A DNA stretch of 63,720 nucleotides, the filler included, from an uncultured bacterium (lineage in GTDB: Bacteria > CAZDME01 > JAYEMH01), in assembly GCA_964506785.1 (NCBI GenBank). It is 4 parts of 4 records of this genome, joined end to end, with 100 filler letters (N's around TTAATTAATTAA, not from the genome) between each part and the next. Parts side by side here need not be neighbours in the genome. Positions count along the whole stretch, not along the records: positions 39,315 to 58,483 come from CAZDME010000025.1; 3 more parts are not named here. One strand, 5' to 3'. Below are positions 48,040 through 57,293 of the stretch, in pieces. The notes below the pieces were generated by a model. It did not search any database. It was not told where the DNA came from and saw nothing but the letters and a program-made list of their open reading frames with translations. The number at the start of each line of letters is the position of its first letter. Position 1 is the stretch's first letter. The position numbers and the translations under genes were made by a program.

Positions 48040-49688
48040 TCCATGCTAAGTTTAAACAGTCTCACCGGCAGGTCTTTAATTCGATAGACTTCAATTTCCT
48101 CTGCCTTTTTCATTATCTCCGGATAATTTCTATTTAACATTCGCAATTCTTCCCGGTTATTTCCGTCCCAGAGGATTAAATGCGTAACCGGATAGCGCGG
48201 GAATGCTTCCTTTTCATTCCCTTCGCCCAGGTATAAAGCCCGGTGGGAGTTTTCCAAACATAAAAGCGGCGACCAGAGCCCGGCTATATAAGCCTTATCC
48301 AGAATCCGGCCGATTTCCCGCGAGGTGTTTATTACCGTGTAAGCCGGATGAATAAACCATTTGGCATAACGATAGCCATTAGTCAGCGCGGCAGTCAAAA
48401 ACATCGCCAGCACAAAAAGCTTAATTGGCGATAAATCAACTTCGGCCTTTTTTCTAAAAATCGCGCTTATCGTTAAGAATAAATAGTACCCCAGCCAAAC
48501 AAAAAGAGTAGAGAAAGCTATAAAAATTAGAAAACTGATTAGCTGGCGACCGGTAAAAAAACGGTAAACTAATTTAAAAATCGCCAGGCCCCAAATCGAA
48601 TATAGAGCCCAAAAAATAGTTCCCGGCTTATTTCCCGAAAAAACTTTCCCCTTCATCAATCTATTTAAAGCAAAGGCAGTAACCAAACAGAAGGCCGGAA
48701 TGACCGAAACAAAATATCTAAGCGGATTATAATTCAAAATTGAAAAAAAGATAATCCCGCCGCCCCACCAGAGCCAGGCAAAAAATTCGCTGGGATTTAC
48801 CTTCTTCCACTCTTTAAAGAGGGAGTAAAGGAAAAAGGGGAAATAAAAAAGGCTGGTTAGGAAAATCAGCGGGGTCTTGGCCAGATAAAAAATTCTCGGA
48901 CGTCTTAAATTACCTGCCAATCTTTCCCAGCTGCCGGGAATAGCCGTCTTTAACCAGCGCCCGCCATATCTGGCAAAGTAAGCATGATTGGGCTGGTAAA
49001 AAAAGAAAAACCAGAGGAGAAAAGCTATCATTAATCCGGAAAAGAAATAAGCCAAAGACGCAAAAATTTCTTTTTTTGCCCCCTTCCCTTTTTGACTTAA
49101 GGCGAACATTAAAGAAATGACCGAAGCCATAAGAAAATAAACCGCCGTCCCTTTAGAGATATAGGCCAGAAAAGAAGCTAATCCCGCCAGAAATAGAATT
49201 TTTGGCTTTTCTAAGCCCTTTTGCCAGAGGAAAAAGGCAATCAATAAAACGGCGCTCATAAAACTGTCAGTCAAGCCAAGCCGGCTGTACATCAGGTATA
49301 TATAGTTCACCCCCAATAAAAACGCTGCCCCAAAGGCAACTTCAAAATCGTTCTTTTGCAAAGCCAGATAAAAAAGAATCAACCCTAAGAAGGAAATCAT
49401 TACCGCCACCAGCCGAACCTGCCTCAAACCCGAGCCGAAAAGCAGAAAGGAGCCATATTCACTTAGGGTAAGAAAAGGGTTATAAAACATTGGATTCCAG
49501 TCGTCAGTAATCCACCTGCCAAACAAAATTTTATTACGGGCGTTATGGGCATGCGCTCCCTCATCGCCAAACACCCCTCCGCTCCAGCTTAGTTGTATCG
49601 GCGGATCGGCCGCCAGGTGCCCTAACTTAAGCCCCAGAAGAAGAATAAAAAAACAAATAACCAGAATAATTTTTTTCTTTCTGAACAT
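48033..49688 (-). CDS. GT-C membrane glycosyltransferase (ArnT/PMT_2-like)
   Basis: DEG..AHNARN motif after the first TM helix; polytopic membrane protein; YSRLGLTD; ISKG; PLRY. Confidence 0.82.
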   Translation of the reverse strand: MFRKKKIILVICFFILLLGLKLGHLAADPPIQLSWSGGVFGDEGAHAHNARNKILFGRWITDDWNPMFYNPFLTLSEYGSFLLFGSGLRQVRLVAVMISFLGLILFYLALQKNDFEVAFGAAFLLGVNYIYLMYSRLGLTDSFMSAVLLIAFFLWQKGLEKPKILFLAGLASFLAYISKGTAVYFLMASVISLMFALSQKGKGAKKEIFASLAYFFSGLMIAFLLWFFFFYQPNHAYFARYGGRWLKTAIPGSWERLAGNLRRPRIFYLAKTPLIFLTSLFYFPFFLYSLFKEWKKVNPSEFFAWLWWGGGIIFFSILNYNPLRYFVSVIPAFCLVTAFALNRLMKGKVFSGNKPGTIFWALYSIWGLAIFKLVYRFFTGRQLISFLIFIAFSTLFVWLGYYLFLTISAIFRKKAEVDLSPIKLFVLAMFLTAALTNGYRYAKWFIHPAYTVINTSREIGRILDKAYIAGLWSPLLCLENSHRALYLGEGNEKEAFPRYPVTHLILWDGNNREELRMLNRNYPEIMKKAEEIEVYRIKDLPVRLFKLSMDG

Positions 49689-49739
49689 CTAAGCAACCCT
49701 TGAAGTTTCGAAATTTCTCTGCCTGGTATCCCCTGATTT

Positions 49740-51110
49740 TTAAAATCTAAGGCCCATCTCTCCCATTATCTGCATCCGGACATCATCACCGCTTCTTCTG
49801 GTAATAACACCTCCGGGAAAATAATCCCCCGGGATGAACCAGCCGGTAAATAAAGCAAAGGAAAGATGCTCGTTAAATTGATAATCTAAGCGTAAATCAA
49901 TTTCATCGCCGTCGTGTTTTCCTTCGCGGTCCAGCGGTTTTTCAATAGCTTGATAATCGAACCACTCCAACAGAAAATTGAACTTATCGGCCGGCTGGCA
50001 TCTAAAGGTTGTCCGGAAAATCCTTTTATTATCCTCGGTATATTTGGTATGCAGTTCCCCAAAGCGTTCTGAACGAAAAAGGGGATGGAAAGCATTATAA
50101 TCGCCGGAATCAGGATATTCCTCACCGGTGAAATTAATTAAAGTTAAAGCCAGGCTGGGACTATACCTGTAGGGGAAACAATATTCCCCCCCCAGATATC
50201 CTCCCCAAGACCGATAATCCCTTTTGGGCAAAGGAAACGAATAGTTGCGAAAATCGCCCCATTCATAGCAAATCTCCCCTTTAAGGCGAAAATTTTCAAG
50301 TATTTCACCGGCTGCTCTTCCTCCTACTATCCACACCTTGATTTTATTCGGGTGGTTATGCAGTTTGCGCGACAAATCGTTATTGAAAAATAAATAGGGC
50401 TCAATCACATATTTAGAGTCCCGTCCGGCCAGAAAGGTGTCCTCTGGAAAATCGTCTGATAAGAAAGTTCTCTCTGCACCGTTATCATCTTCAGGCCCCG
50501 CTTCTAAAGAAGCAAATTCATAATGAGCAACTACACCGGCAAAATCATGTTCGCCGATATAATCCGGCAGAGAAGCATCCGGCTGGTAAATCCGGCTGTA
50601 AAATCCATCAAGCCAGAATCGGTCGGCTAAAAATCTAAGTTTAACCGCCGTAAAATTCTCCGGGTCATCTTCAGTGAAATCCCTGAACACATCGCGGTCA
50701 CCGGTAAGGAATCCTTCCCCGTAGCGAAGCTCCTGTTTCCCTACGGTTAATTCGAATGGCCAATCAAAAATATTATTCAATTTGAAATTGGCTAAATCTA
50801 TCTCTATCTTTGAATCGTTCAGATGGTCCGCATAATCGTCTCCAAAATAGTGCGGCATTCTGATTTGCCCCTGGAGCTCCAGCATTTCATCGAATAAACT
50901 AACCGCACCAAATAACCGCCCCCGAATCTGATATAGGTCGCGTGTTTTTTTGTCGTTTTTATCGAATGTTTCGTCTGCCTGCCGATAAAAAACGCGGAAT
51001 CTCAGGTCTCCGCCGTAATCGAAACTTGCCTCCTGGGCACCGGCCCGGGTTGATAAATAAAAAAAACATATAAAAACAAACACAACTATTTTTTTCTTAG
51101 GCATTTTCAT
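49740..51110 (-). CDS. Alginate export (AlgE)-like outer-membrane beta-barrel
   Basis: Signal peptide; GGDLRFR; GKQELRYGEG; GDEIDL; FIPGD; ends in aromatic LRF. Confidence 0.75.
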   Translation of the reverse strand: MKMPKKKIVVFVFICFFYLSTRAGAQEASFDYGGDLRFRVFYRQADETFDKNDKKTRDLYQIRGRLFGAVSLFDEMLELQGQIRMPHYFGDDYADHLNDSKIEIDLANFKLNNIFDWPFELTVGKQELRYGEGFLTGDRDVFRDFTEDDPENFTAVKLRFLADRFWLDGFYSRIYQPDASLPDYIGEHDFAGVVAHYEFASLEAGPEDDNGAERTFLSDDFPEDTFLAGRDSKYVIEPYLFFNNDLSRKLHNHPNKIKVWIVGGRAAGEILENFRLKGEICYEWGDFRNYSFPLPKRDYRSWGGYLGGEYCFPYRYSPSLALTLINFTGEEYPDSGDYNAFHPLFRSERFGELHTKYTEDNKRIFRTTFRCQPADKFNFLLEWFDYQAIEKPLDREGKHDGDEIDLRLDYQFNEHLSFALFTGWFIPGDYFPGGVITRRSGDDVRMQIMGEMGLRF

Positions 51111-52063
51111 CCTCCTTTTATGGGTACCGTCTTCCGGAATGCATAGATAAAACCTCCGATTACCCCCCAGATAACTACCATTCCATAGGCAATCCAGGAA
51201 AGTGTTACCGCCCCTGCGGCATCCGCTCCCAGCTTGGATAGAAAAATTACAAAAATATTCTCTCGCACCCCGATACCGTTAATTGAAACCGGAACCATCA
51301 AAATGACCGTAATAATCGGGATAATCAGGAAAAAATGAATCGGGTTGATATCCAATCCCAAAGCCCGCGAAATAAAGTAATAATGAAGAATGACGTTTAT
51401 CTGTAAAAGCAGGGCGTAGAGCATATTGCCCCAGAAACGCTTTTTTTCTTTTTTATAAACGGTAATTGCCTGATGGGCCTCTTTAGCTTTAAGCTTAATC
51501 TTGTTTAGCAGGGGAAGATTAAAAAGCCGTCCTATTTTCTCGGCCGCCTTCGGTTGAATTACCAAAATTAAGCCAAAAATCAGAATTAACAAAACTAATA
51601 CAGAAATCCAGATTAAGGGGATATTGCCAATGATTTTTATTTCAAAGAGCAAAGCCGCCGTAGCAATGGCCACCAGCGCCATCACCCCCGTTGTCCTTTC
51701 CACCAGAACGACCATAAAGGATTTGACCGCATTATGGCTGTAACGGACGGTGTCGTAAGCCCTCACCGTATCTCCTCCGATGGTCGTCGGTAAAAGGTTG
51801 TTAAAAAATGTGCCGACGATATAAGAAGAAAGCAGCTTCGGAAGAGGCACTTTTATCTTCTGTGCGGATAAAAGAAGCTGCCAGCGCAAAATGCTAAAGA
51901 GATATCCGCTTAAATGGAGTAGGAAAGCACAAAGGACCCAGAAATAATTAGTCGATTTAAAGGCAATCCCGATAGCCTCAAGATTAGTCCGCCGTAAAAG
52001 GTAGTAGAGAAGAAAAAAGCTAAGAAGAAATTTAAAAACAAGAAAAACCTTATTCTTTTTCAT
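51107..52063 (-). CDS. Lysylphosphatidylglycerol synthase TM-domain (flippase-like, UPF0104) protein
   Basis: LRWQLLL; FFNNLLPTTIGGD; VLVER; PVSINGIGVRE. Confidence 0.9.
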   Translation of the reverse strand: MKKNKVFLVFKFLLSFFLLYYLLRRTNLEAIGIAFKSTNYFWVLCAFLLHLSGYLFSILRWQLLLSAQKIKVPLPKLLSSYIVGTFFNNLLPTTIGGDTVRAYDTVRYSHNAVKSFMVVLVERTTGVMALVAIATAALLFEIKIIGNIPLIWISVLVLLILIFGLILVIQPKAAEKIGRLFNLPLLNKIKLKAKEAHQAITVYKKEKKRFWGNMLYALLLQINVILHYYFISRALGLDINPIHFFLIIPIITVILMVPVSINGIGVRENIFVIFLSKLGADAAGAVTLSWIAYGMVVIWGVIGGFIYAFRKTVPIKGG

Positions 52064-52791
52064 CGTCTTTTTATAACTCTCGCCGGGACACCGGCGGCCA
52101 CGACGAATTCCGGTAAATTTTTATTGACTAAAGCGGCCGCCCCGACAACCGTACCCGAGCCAACCGTTACGCCGTCTAAAACAGTCACCCGGGCTCCTAA
52201 CCAGACATTATCCTGGATGACAATACCGCCCAGGTTTACCGAAGGCTGAGCGATAATCGGGATATCAATCCTTAAAAAATCGTGGTTCCCTCCTCCGACC
52301 AGATAGGTATAAGCGGCAATCAATATATTCCGGCCTAACTTCACCGAACTCTCTGAATGAATCAGGCAGCAAGTCCCGATGTTGGTATTTTCGCCAACCT
52401 CGATTTTTCCTCCTTTACAGCTTAAAATCGTATTTCGGCTGATTATCACCTTGTCAGCAAGGCTGATACCGCTTTTTTCGTCCCCCTTGGCATCCAGAAC
52501 GCAATAATCGTCAATAATTACGTTATTCCCCAGTAGAATCTTCTCGGGATGCCGAATGGTCAGGTGTTTTCCTAAAATTACACCTTTCCCCATTTTTTTA
52601 AAAAGCAGCCGGTAAAAAATCTTTCTTGAAAAAATTCCCAGAGCGCCGTTCATTCCGCCAAGAAGGAAAGTAACAATTTCGTATTTAAACAAAGAAAATA
52701 ATCCGCCTTTACCAGTCACTAAAGCCCTGTATTTTTTAAAAGCCGAGCCTTTTTTAGTTAAAGCCGTCTGCAATTCGGTTTTTTCTCTCAT
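52060..52791 (-). CDS. Hexapeptide-repeat (LbH) O-acyltransferase
   Basis: Hexapeptide repeats; GGNH; DNVWLG; AAGVPARVI. Start set at ATG 52791 (ATGA overlap). Confidence 0.9.
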   Translation of the reverse strand: MREKTELQTALTKKGSAFKKYRALVTGKGGLFSLFKYEIVTFLLGGMNGALGIFSRKIFYRLLFKKMGKGVILGKHLTIRHPEKILLGNNVIIDDYCVLDAKGDEKSGISLADKVIISRNTILSCKGGKIEVGENTNIGTCCLIHSESSVKLGRNILIAAYTYLVGGGNHDFLRIDIPIIAQPSVNLGGIVIQDNVWLGARVTVLDGVTVGSGTVVGAAALVNKNLPEFVVAAGVPARVIKRR

Positions 52792-53768
52792 AACCAGCCT
52801 TTCTTTCGATACCAATCGACGGTTAAATTTATTCCTTCGGACAAGGTATGATTAGGCGTAAAAGACAGCTCCCTTTCGGCTTTGGATATATCGTAATGCT
52901 GGTCTCGGGTGAAAAATTCGAGACCCCTTTGAGAAAGCGGAGGCCTTTTTCCAAAAAGATAGTACGGCTTTTCCAGAAAAAAGGCGCCGGTTTTAGCCAA
53001 CTTCAAGGGAATATGTATCTTAGGCAAAGGTTTATCCAAAGCTCTGGCGATTAAATTAACCAGCGTATTTAACTCAACCACTTCTTCCCCTCCGACAATA
53101 AAAATCTCCCCCATGGCTTTTTCGTTAAAGGCGCAGAGTTTGAGAGCGTCAACTAAATCGTCGACAAAAAGCGGATGTATCAATACCTTCCCCTGGCCGA
53201 CGACTCTAAAGATTCTTTTCTTTATCGCTTTAAAAAGTTTAAAGGTCCTTTTATCTCGCGGTCCGTAAACCCAGGTGGGCCGGACGATAATCCCGGGTAT
53301 ATCCTCTTTGCTAAAAAAATCGAGACAGATATTCTCGGCTTCGAATTTAGTCTGCCCGTATAGGTTATCAGGTCTTGGCGGTATTTTTTCATCGGTTGGC
53401 AGCTTCTTCAGCTTTCCATAAACGGCCACACTGCTGCAATAGACGAAAGCTTTTAAAACCGACTTATCAACGGCCTTCAAAAGGCTTTTGGTAATCGAAA
53501 CATTGGCTTGATAGTAAAGATGAACTTTTTCCCGCGGGGCGTTAATTAAACCGGCTAAATGAAAGATGACCTCTTTTCCTAGAGCCGCTTTCTTTAAAAC
53601 CTCTAAATCGGTAAACGAAACATAGCATAAATTCACCTTCTGGTCTTTAAGATTAGCTAAACTGGAGGCCTGGCGGCTGAGAACGGTTACCTCATGGCCA
53701 TCCTTTACCAATTTTTCCACTAATCGGCTGCCGACAAAACCGGTTGCCCCGGTTATTAAAATATTCAA
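52788..53768 (-). CDS. NAD-dependent epimerase/dehydratase (extended SDR)
   Basis: TGATGFVG; FHLAG; SSVAVYG; YGQTK; RPTWVYGP. Confidence 0.93.
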   Translation of the reverse strand: MNILITGATGFVGSRLVEKLVKDGHEVTVLSRQASSLANLKDQKVNLCYVSFTDLEVLKKAALGKEVIFHLAGLINAPREKVHLYYQANVSITKSLLKAVDKSVLKAFVYCSSVAVYGKLKKLPTDEKIPPRPDNLYGQTKFEAENICLDFFSKEDIPGIIVRPTWVYGPRDKRTFKLFKAIKKRIFRVVGQGKVLIHPLFVDDLVDALKLCAFNEKAMGEIFIVGGEEVVELNTLVNLIARALDKPLPKIHIPLKLAKTGAFFLEKPYYLFGKRPPLSQRGLEFFTRDQHYDISKAERELSFTPNHTLSEGINLTVDWYRKKGWL

Positions 53769-54565
53769 GTTATGGCCTTATTTTCAGCTTCTATGATTAG
53801 CACATATCCGGTTTGAAATAGATAATCAAGCCGCGAGAACAAAAAAAGAAACGGATAGATAAAAGAATAAATCTTAAAAAGCTTCCTGTTTTTTTTGAAT
53901 TCAGCCGAAGTGGCCGGTGAGATACCGCCTTTAGTTCCTTTTTGCCTTTTTTTTGGGGAAAGTTTCACATAACCGGCATTCAATAATAATTCAAATAGCT
54001 CGGTAACAAAGCCGGAATAAGAATCGCAATTAATAATTCGCATTTTGAATCTTTCAAGCTTCTCCTTTAGTTCCGAAAACGTATAGCCTGCCCTTACATG
54101 CCCGTAAAAAGCAGGCTTGATACCAATTTTTCTTTCTACCCAGTCAAGAACCGGCCCTTTACTGGATTTTGGCACGGTAATATAAAGATGCCCTTCCGGT
54201 TTAAGAATCCGCTTCATTTCTTTTAAAAATAGTTCATCTTCTTCAACATGCTCGAGGATATCAACGGCCAGGATGCCGTCAAAAGTATGGTCGTAGAAAT
54301 TAAGCTTTTTAGGGTCGACCAAAAAAACCTTCTCTTTCAATAGGAGTTTCGTTACCCTGACATTCTCCTCATCAATATCCGAATGGTACCAATCTCCTCC
54401 CTGCTTTCTCAAGTAATAACTGAGAACGCCCTTTTCACAACCAATCTCCAGATATTTATATTCCCGGTCAAAATGAACGAAAGAAAGAATTTGCTCCACT
54501 TTCTCTTTCTTTTTCAAAGACCGCGAAGCCAATTTCAACTGCCAATGCTTTTCAGGATTTCTCAT
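53765..54565 (-). CDS. Class I SAM-dependent methyltransferase
   Basis: LEIGCEKG; FDGILAVDILEHV; RILKPEG; GHVRAGY. Confidence 0.88.
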   Translation of the reverse strand: MRNPEKHWQLKLASRSLKKKEKVEQILSFVHFDREYKYLEIGCEKGVLSYYLRKQGGDWYHSDIDEENVRVTKLLLKEKVFLVDPKKLNFYDHTFDGILAVDILEHVEEDELFLKEMKRILKPEGHLYITVPKSSKGPVLDWVERKIGIKPAFYGHVRAGYTFSELKEKLERFKMRIINCDSYSGFVTELFELLLNAGYVKLSPKKRQKGTKGGISPATSAEFKKNRKLFKIYSFIYPFLFLFSRLDYLFQTGYVLIIEAENKAIT

Positions 54566-54586
54566 TTTCTATTTAAGTTACTCCCC

Positions 54587-54698
54587 AATCTATTCGCTAT
54601 CAGCCACTTTGGCTCTTAGCTCATAGTCAAAATCTTTTCTCCCACATCTTTCATCCTACTTTCTGTCATCTGTCTTCTGTTTTCTGTAATCTGTTCTG
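54587..54698. repeat. Intergenic repeat mosaic with a (TCTGTNN)5 heptamer tract
   Basis: TCTGTCA TCTGTCT TCTGTTT TCTGTAA TCTGTTC (54662-54696). AATCTATTCGCT is shared with 45794-45805, and a 20-mer with 47929-47948. Confidence 0.85.
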
Positions 54699-54701
54699 AT
54701 A

Positions 54702-55709
54702 TCACCGGTGCCCAAAAAAGATTTCCTTAAAAAATATTTTCAAATTCGGCCTGGGGATACCTAAAAAAGTAGGCCGTTTAAGCATATCACATCCCCTGCA
54801 TGGCTCTAAAGTAGCCACCTTTCTCTCTCTCATTGCCCTCCGCAGAGATATATAGGGTTTGTCAACCCATATATAAGCAAGAGAATTATTATTTACACTG
54901 CCCATAATGAGACGGCCAAAAAAGTCCTGCGGACAGGGAGAAACCTCACCGTTCCAGAGAATAACCATAGCGAACCAGGGAAAGGTACAGGCAGAAAATT
55001 TCACTGACTTGGCTGTTTTTTCATTCTCTTTTGACGCATAGCTCCCTCCCCAATTATGCGGTGATTTTACCACAAACCTATTCAGGTGTAAACCATAAAG
55101 CTTATCCTTTAGCTCTTGCTTCTCCGTTTGGTAATTCCCTGTTTTTACCTCATCGAGCTCCATAGTTTCAAAAATAGTAAAAGGGCTAACTTTTCCTAAA
55201 TCTTCCTTCAAACGGAGGAAGTTAGAAATATTATCAATAGTCGCTTTAAAATTAGCCGGCGGACGGATTTTCTCATAGGTCTCCGGCGTAAATCCATCGA
55301 AGGAAAAAGAAATAAAATCCAATCCGGCATCAATAATTCCCCGACCTTTTTCTCCATCAAGAAGGGTAGCGTTGGTATGCAACCGGGTGTAAAGACCGGC
55401 TTTCTTAGCGTAGTCAACCATTCTTGCTAATTCTGGGTGAAGCAGGGATTCCCCCCGATGATGCAGATTTATGTCATACACAAATTTTTTCGCTTCATCG
55501 ATTATTTTTTTAAAAAGTTCAAAGTCCATAAGACCGCCTTTGATAGAATCGGGACTGCTTTGCGGACACATCACACAGCGCAAATTACAGGCGCTGCTTA
55601 ATTCGATCCAGAGCCGAATGGGCAGATAATTTAATTTCTCCTCCTGCCGTCGGTAGCTGGAGGCAATCTGTGATAATCTTTGTCCTCTTTTTAATTTATT
55701 CATTTTCAC
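54702..55709 (-). CDS. Radical SAM protein with SPASM/twitch domain
   Basis: CNLRCVMC; C-terminal CTFPW...PCPQD...CRGC. Confidence 0.9.
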   Translation of the reverse strand: MKMNKLKRGQRLSQIASSYRRQEEKLNYLPIRLWIELSSACNLRCVMCPQSSPDSIKGGLMDFELFKKIIDEAKKFVYDINLHHRGESLLHPELARMVDYAKKAGLYTRLHTNATLLDGEKGRGIIDAGLDFISFSFDGFTPETYEKIRPPANFKATIDNISNFLRLKEDLGKVSPFTIFETMELDEVKTGNYQTEKQELKDKLYGLHLNRFVVKSPHNWGGSYASKENEKTAKSVKFSACTFPWFAMVILWNGEVSPCPQDFFGRLIMGSVNNNSLAYIWVDKPYISLRRAMRERKVATLEPCRGCDMLKRPTFLGIPRPNLKIFFKEIFFGHR

Positions 55710-55731
55710 CCGTCCGTTAATTTTCTTTTCC

Positions 55732-55776
55732 CTATACGCTACCCGCTGTACGCTATTCGCTAACCGCTATACGCTA
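55732..55776. repeat. Heptamer tandem tract (CTATACG-like) x6
   Basis: CTATACG CTACCCG CTGTACG CTATTCG CTAACCG CTATACG CTA. Confidence 0.9.
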
Positions 55777-55777
55777 A

Positions 55778-57217
55778 TTAGCGACGCCCCCGGCCAATTT
55801 TTCTTTTAAAGTAGCTCTTTCCCGCTATGAACAAATGCTTTAAATCGCTAAAAGACCTCACTCCTTTAATGGCTTCGGGAATTCTCTTCCAGATTGAAAT
55901 TTTGCTTTCTACCGCCCAATCAACGGCTAATTGCGAAAGCTCGGTCCAGCTTAAAGTGTCGATAAAAAGCGGCGCCTGACCGTGAGCGGCTCCAACCGAG
56001 ATGCTTTTCTGGCTTTTAAGATTCGACCAGGAAAAATTATCGGTTAAAATATTTTTTTCCTTGGCTATTTTCTCGATTCTGGTCCCGGGATAAATTCGCA
56101 AAAAACTTAACGAAACTTGTCCGCCGATTTCCCGCATTAAATCCAGGGTCATCTGCGCTTCTTTCATCGTTTCCGAAGGGAAACCGATGATATAACTGGG
56201 ATTTTTGACAATTCCTAATTCATCAAGCCATCTGGAAAGGCACCTGACCTGTTCCAGGGTTATTTTTTTTCCGCAAACTTCGTCTAAAATTCTTTGCGAA
56301 CCGGATTCAACGCCAAAAAATATTTTAAAACAGCCGGCCTCTTTCATCGCCGTAAGCAGTCCCTTATCAACCGTATCGGCCCGGATGGAACAGGTAAACT
56401 TTATATTAAGATTCTTTTTCACAATCAAATCGCAAATTTTAAGTACCCTCTCTTTACTCATGGTAAAAGTATCGTCATAAAACCATATCGTTCTGATTCC
56501 GGTATTTCGAATAATCTCTTCTAATTCGGCAATGATACTCTCTGGAGATCTCGCCCGCCAGAGTCTCCCTGACATCTGGCTGGTAATACAAAAAGAACAG
56601 CCAAAAGGACATCCCCGGCTGGTTATTAGATGGGTAGTTTGGCGCCAGCCTTCTCCCGGCACAAAAAGCCGGAAATTATATTTCTCTATCGGCACCAATT
56701 CCCGGGCCGGAAAAGGAAGATTATCCAAATCCTGAATTAGAGAAGCATCGGGATTTTGGCGGATTTTTCCACCCTTGCGATAGGTAATCCCGGAAATATC
56801 TTCTATCTTCAATTTATTTTCATACGCGCGGCATAAATCCAGAAGAATGTTTTCTCCTTCCCCGCGGACGACCATATCAACTGCCGGATTGTAAAGCAAG
56901 GTATCTCTATCGCAAAAGGTAGGATGGGGGCCGCCTATTACCACCCAGCTTTCCGGAGAAACCTTTTTTGCCGCCCGGGAGGCGGCAAAAGATTCGAAGC
57001 GGAATTCCGTTAAACAGGTAATCCCGATAATTTGGGCCTGGGCTTTTTTTATCTCCCTCTTCAAACTGCGCCAGGAAAGCCTGTTTACCGAAGCATCGAT
57101 TACCTCTACTTGAATCCCCTCTCTTTTTAAATATGCGGCTAAAGAAATAAGGCCTAAAGAAGGCAACGGCTCTTTGGAAGTAAATCCTTTAGGTGGAAAA
57201 ATCAGTAATACTTTCAT
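55778..57217 (-). CDS. B12-binding domain radical SAM protein
   Basis: PSLGLISLAAYL; GGPHPT; GEGE; TSRGCPFGCSFC; DDTFT; GVESGS; PGT. Confidence 0.93.
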   Translation of the reverse strand: MKVLLIFPPKGFTSKEPLPSLGLISLAAYLKREGIQVEVIDASVNRLSWRSLKREIKKAQAQIIGITCLTEFRFESFAASRAAKKVSPESWVVIGGPHPTFCDRDTLLYNPAVDMVVRGEGENILLDLCRAYENKLKIEDISGITYRKGGKIRQNPDASLIQDLDNLPFPARELVPIEKYNFRLFVPGEGWRQTTHLITSRGCPFGCSFCITSQMSGRLWRARSPESIIAELEEIIRNTGIRTIWFYDDTFTMSKERVLKICDLIVKKNLNIKFTCSIRADTVDKGLLTAMKEAGCFKIFFGVESGSQRILDEVCGKKITLEQVRCLSRWLDELGIVKNPSYIIGFPSETMKEAQMTLDLMREIGGQVSLSFLRIYPGTRIEKIAKEKNILTDNFSWSNLKSQKSISVGAAHGQAPLFIDTLSWTELSQLAVDWAVESKISIWKRIPEAIKGVRSFSDLKHLFIAGKSYFKRKIGRGRR

Positions 57218-57240
57218 AGTTTTTACCAGCGGCTTCTCCC

Positions 57241-57288
57241 CTGCCCGCTATCCGCTAAACGCTATACGCTCTTTTTTCCCTATACGCT
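57241..57288. repeat. Heptamer tandem tract (CTATACG-like)
   Basis: CTGCCCG CTATCCG CTAAACG CTATACG, plus TTTTCCCTATACGCT shared with 55726-55740. Confidence 0.85.
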
Positions 57289-57293
57289 GTCTT

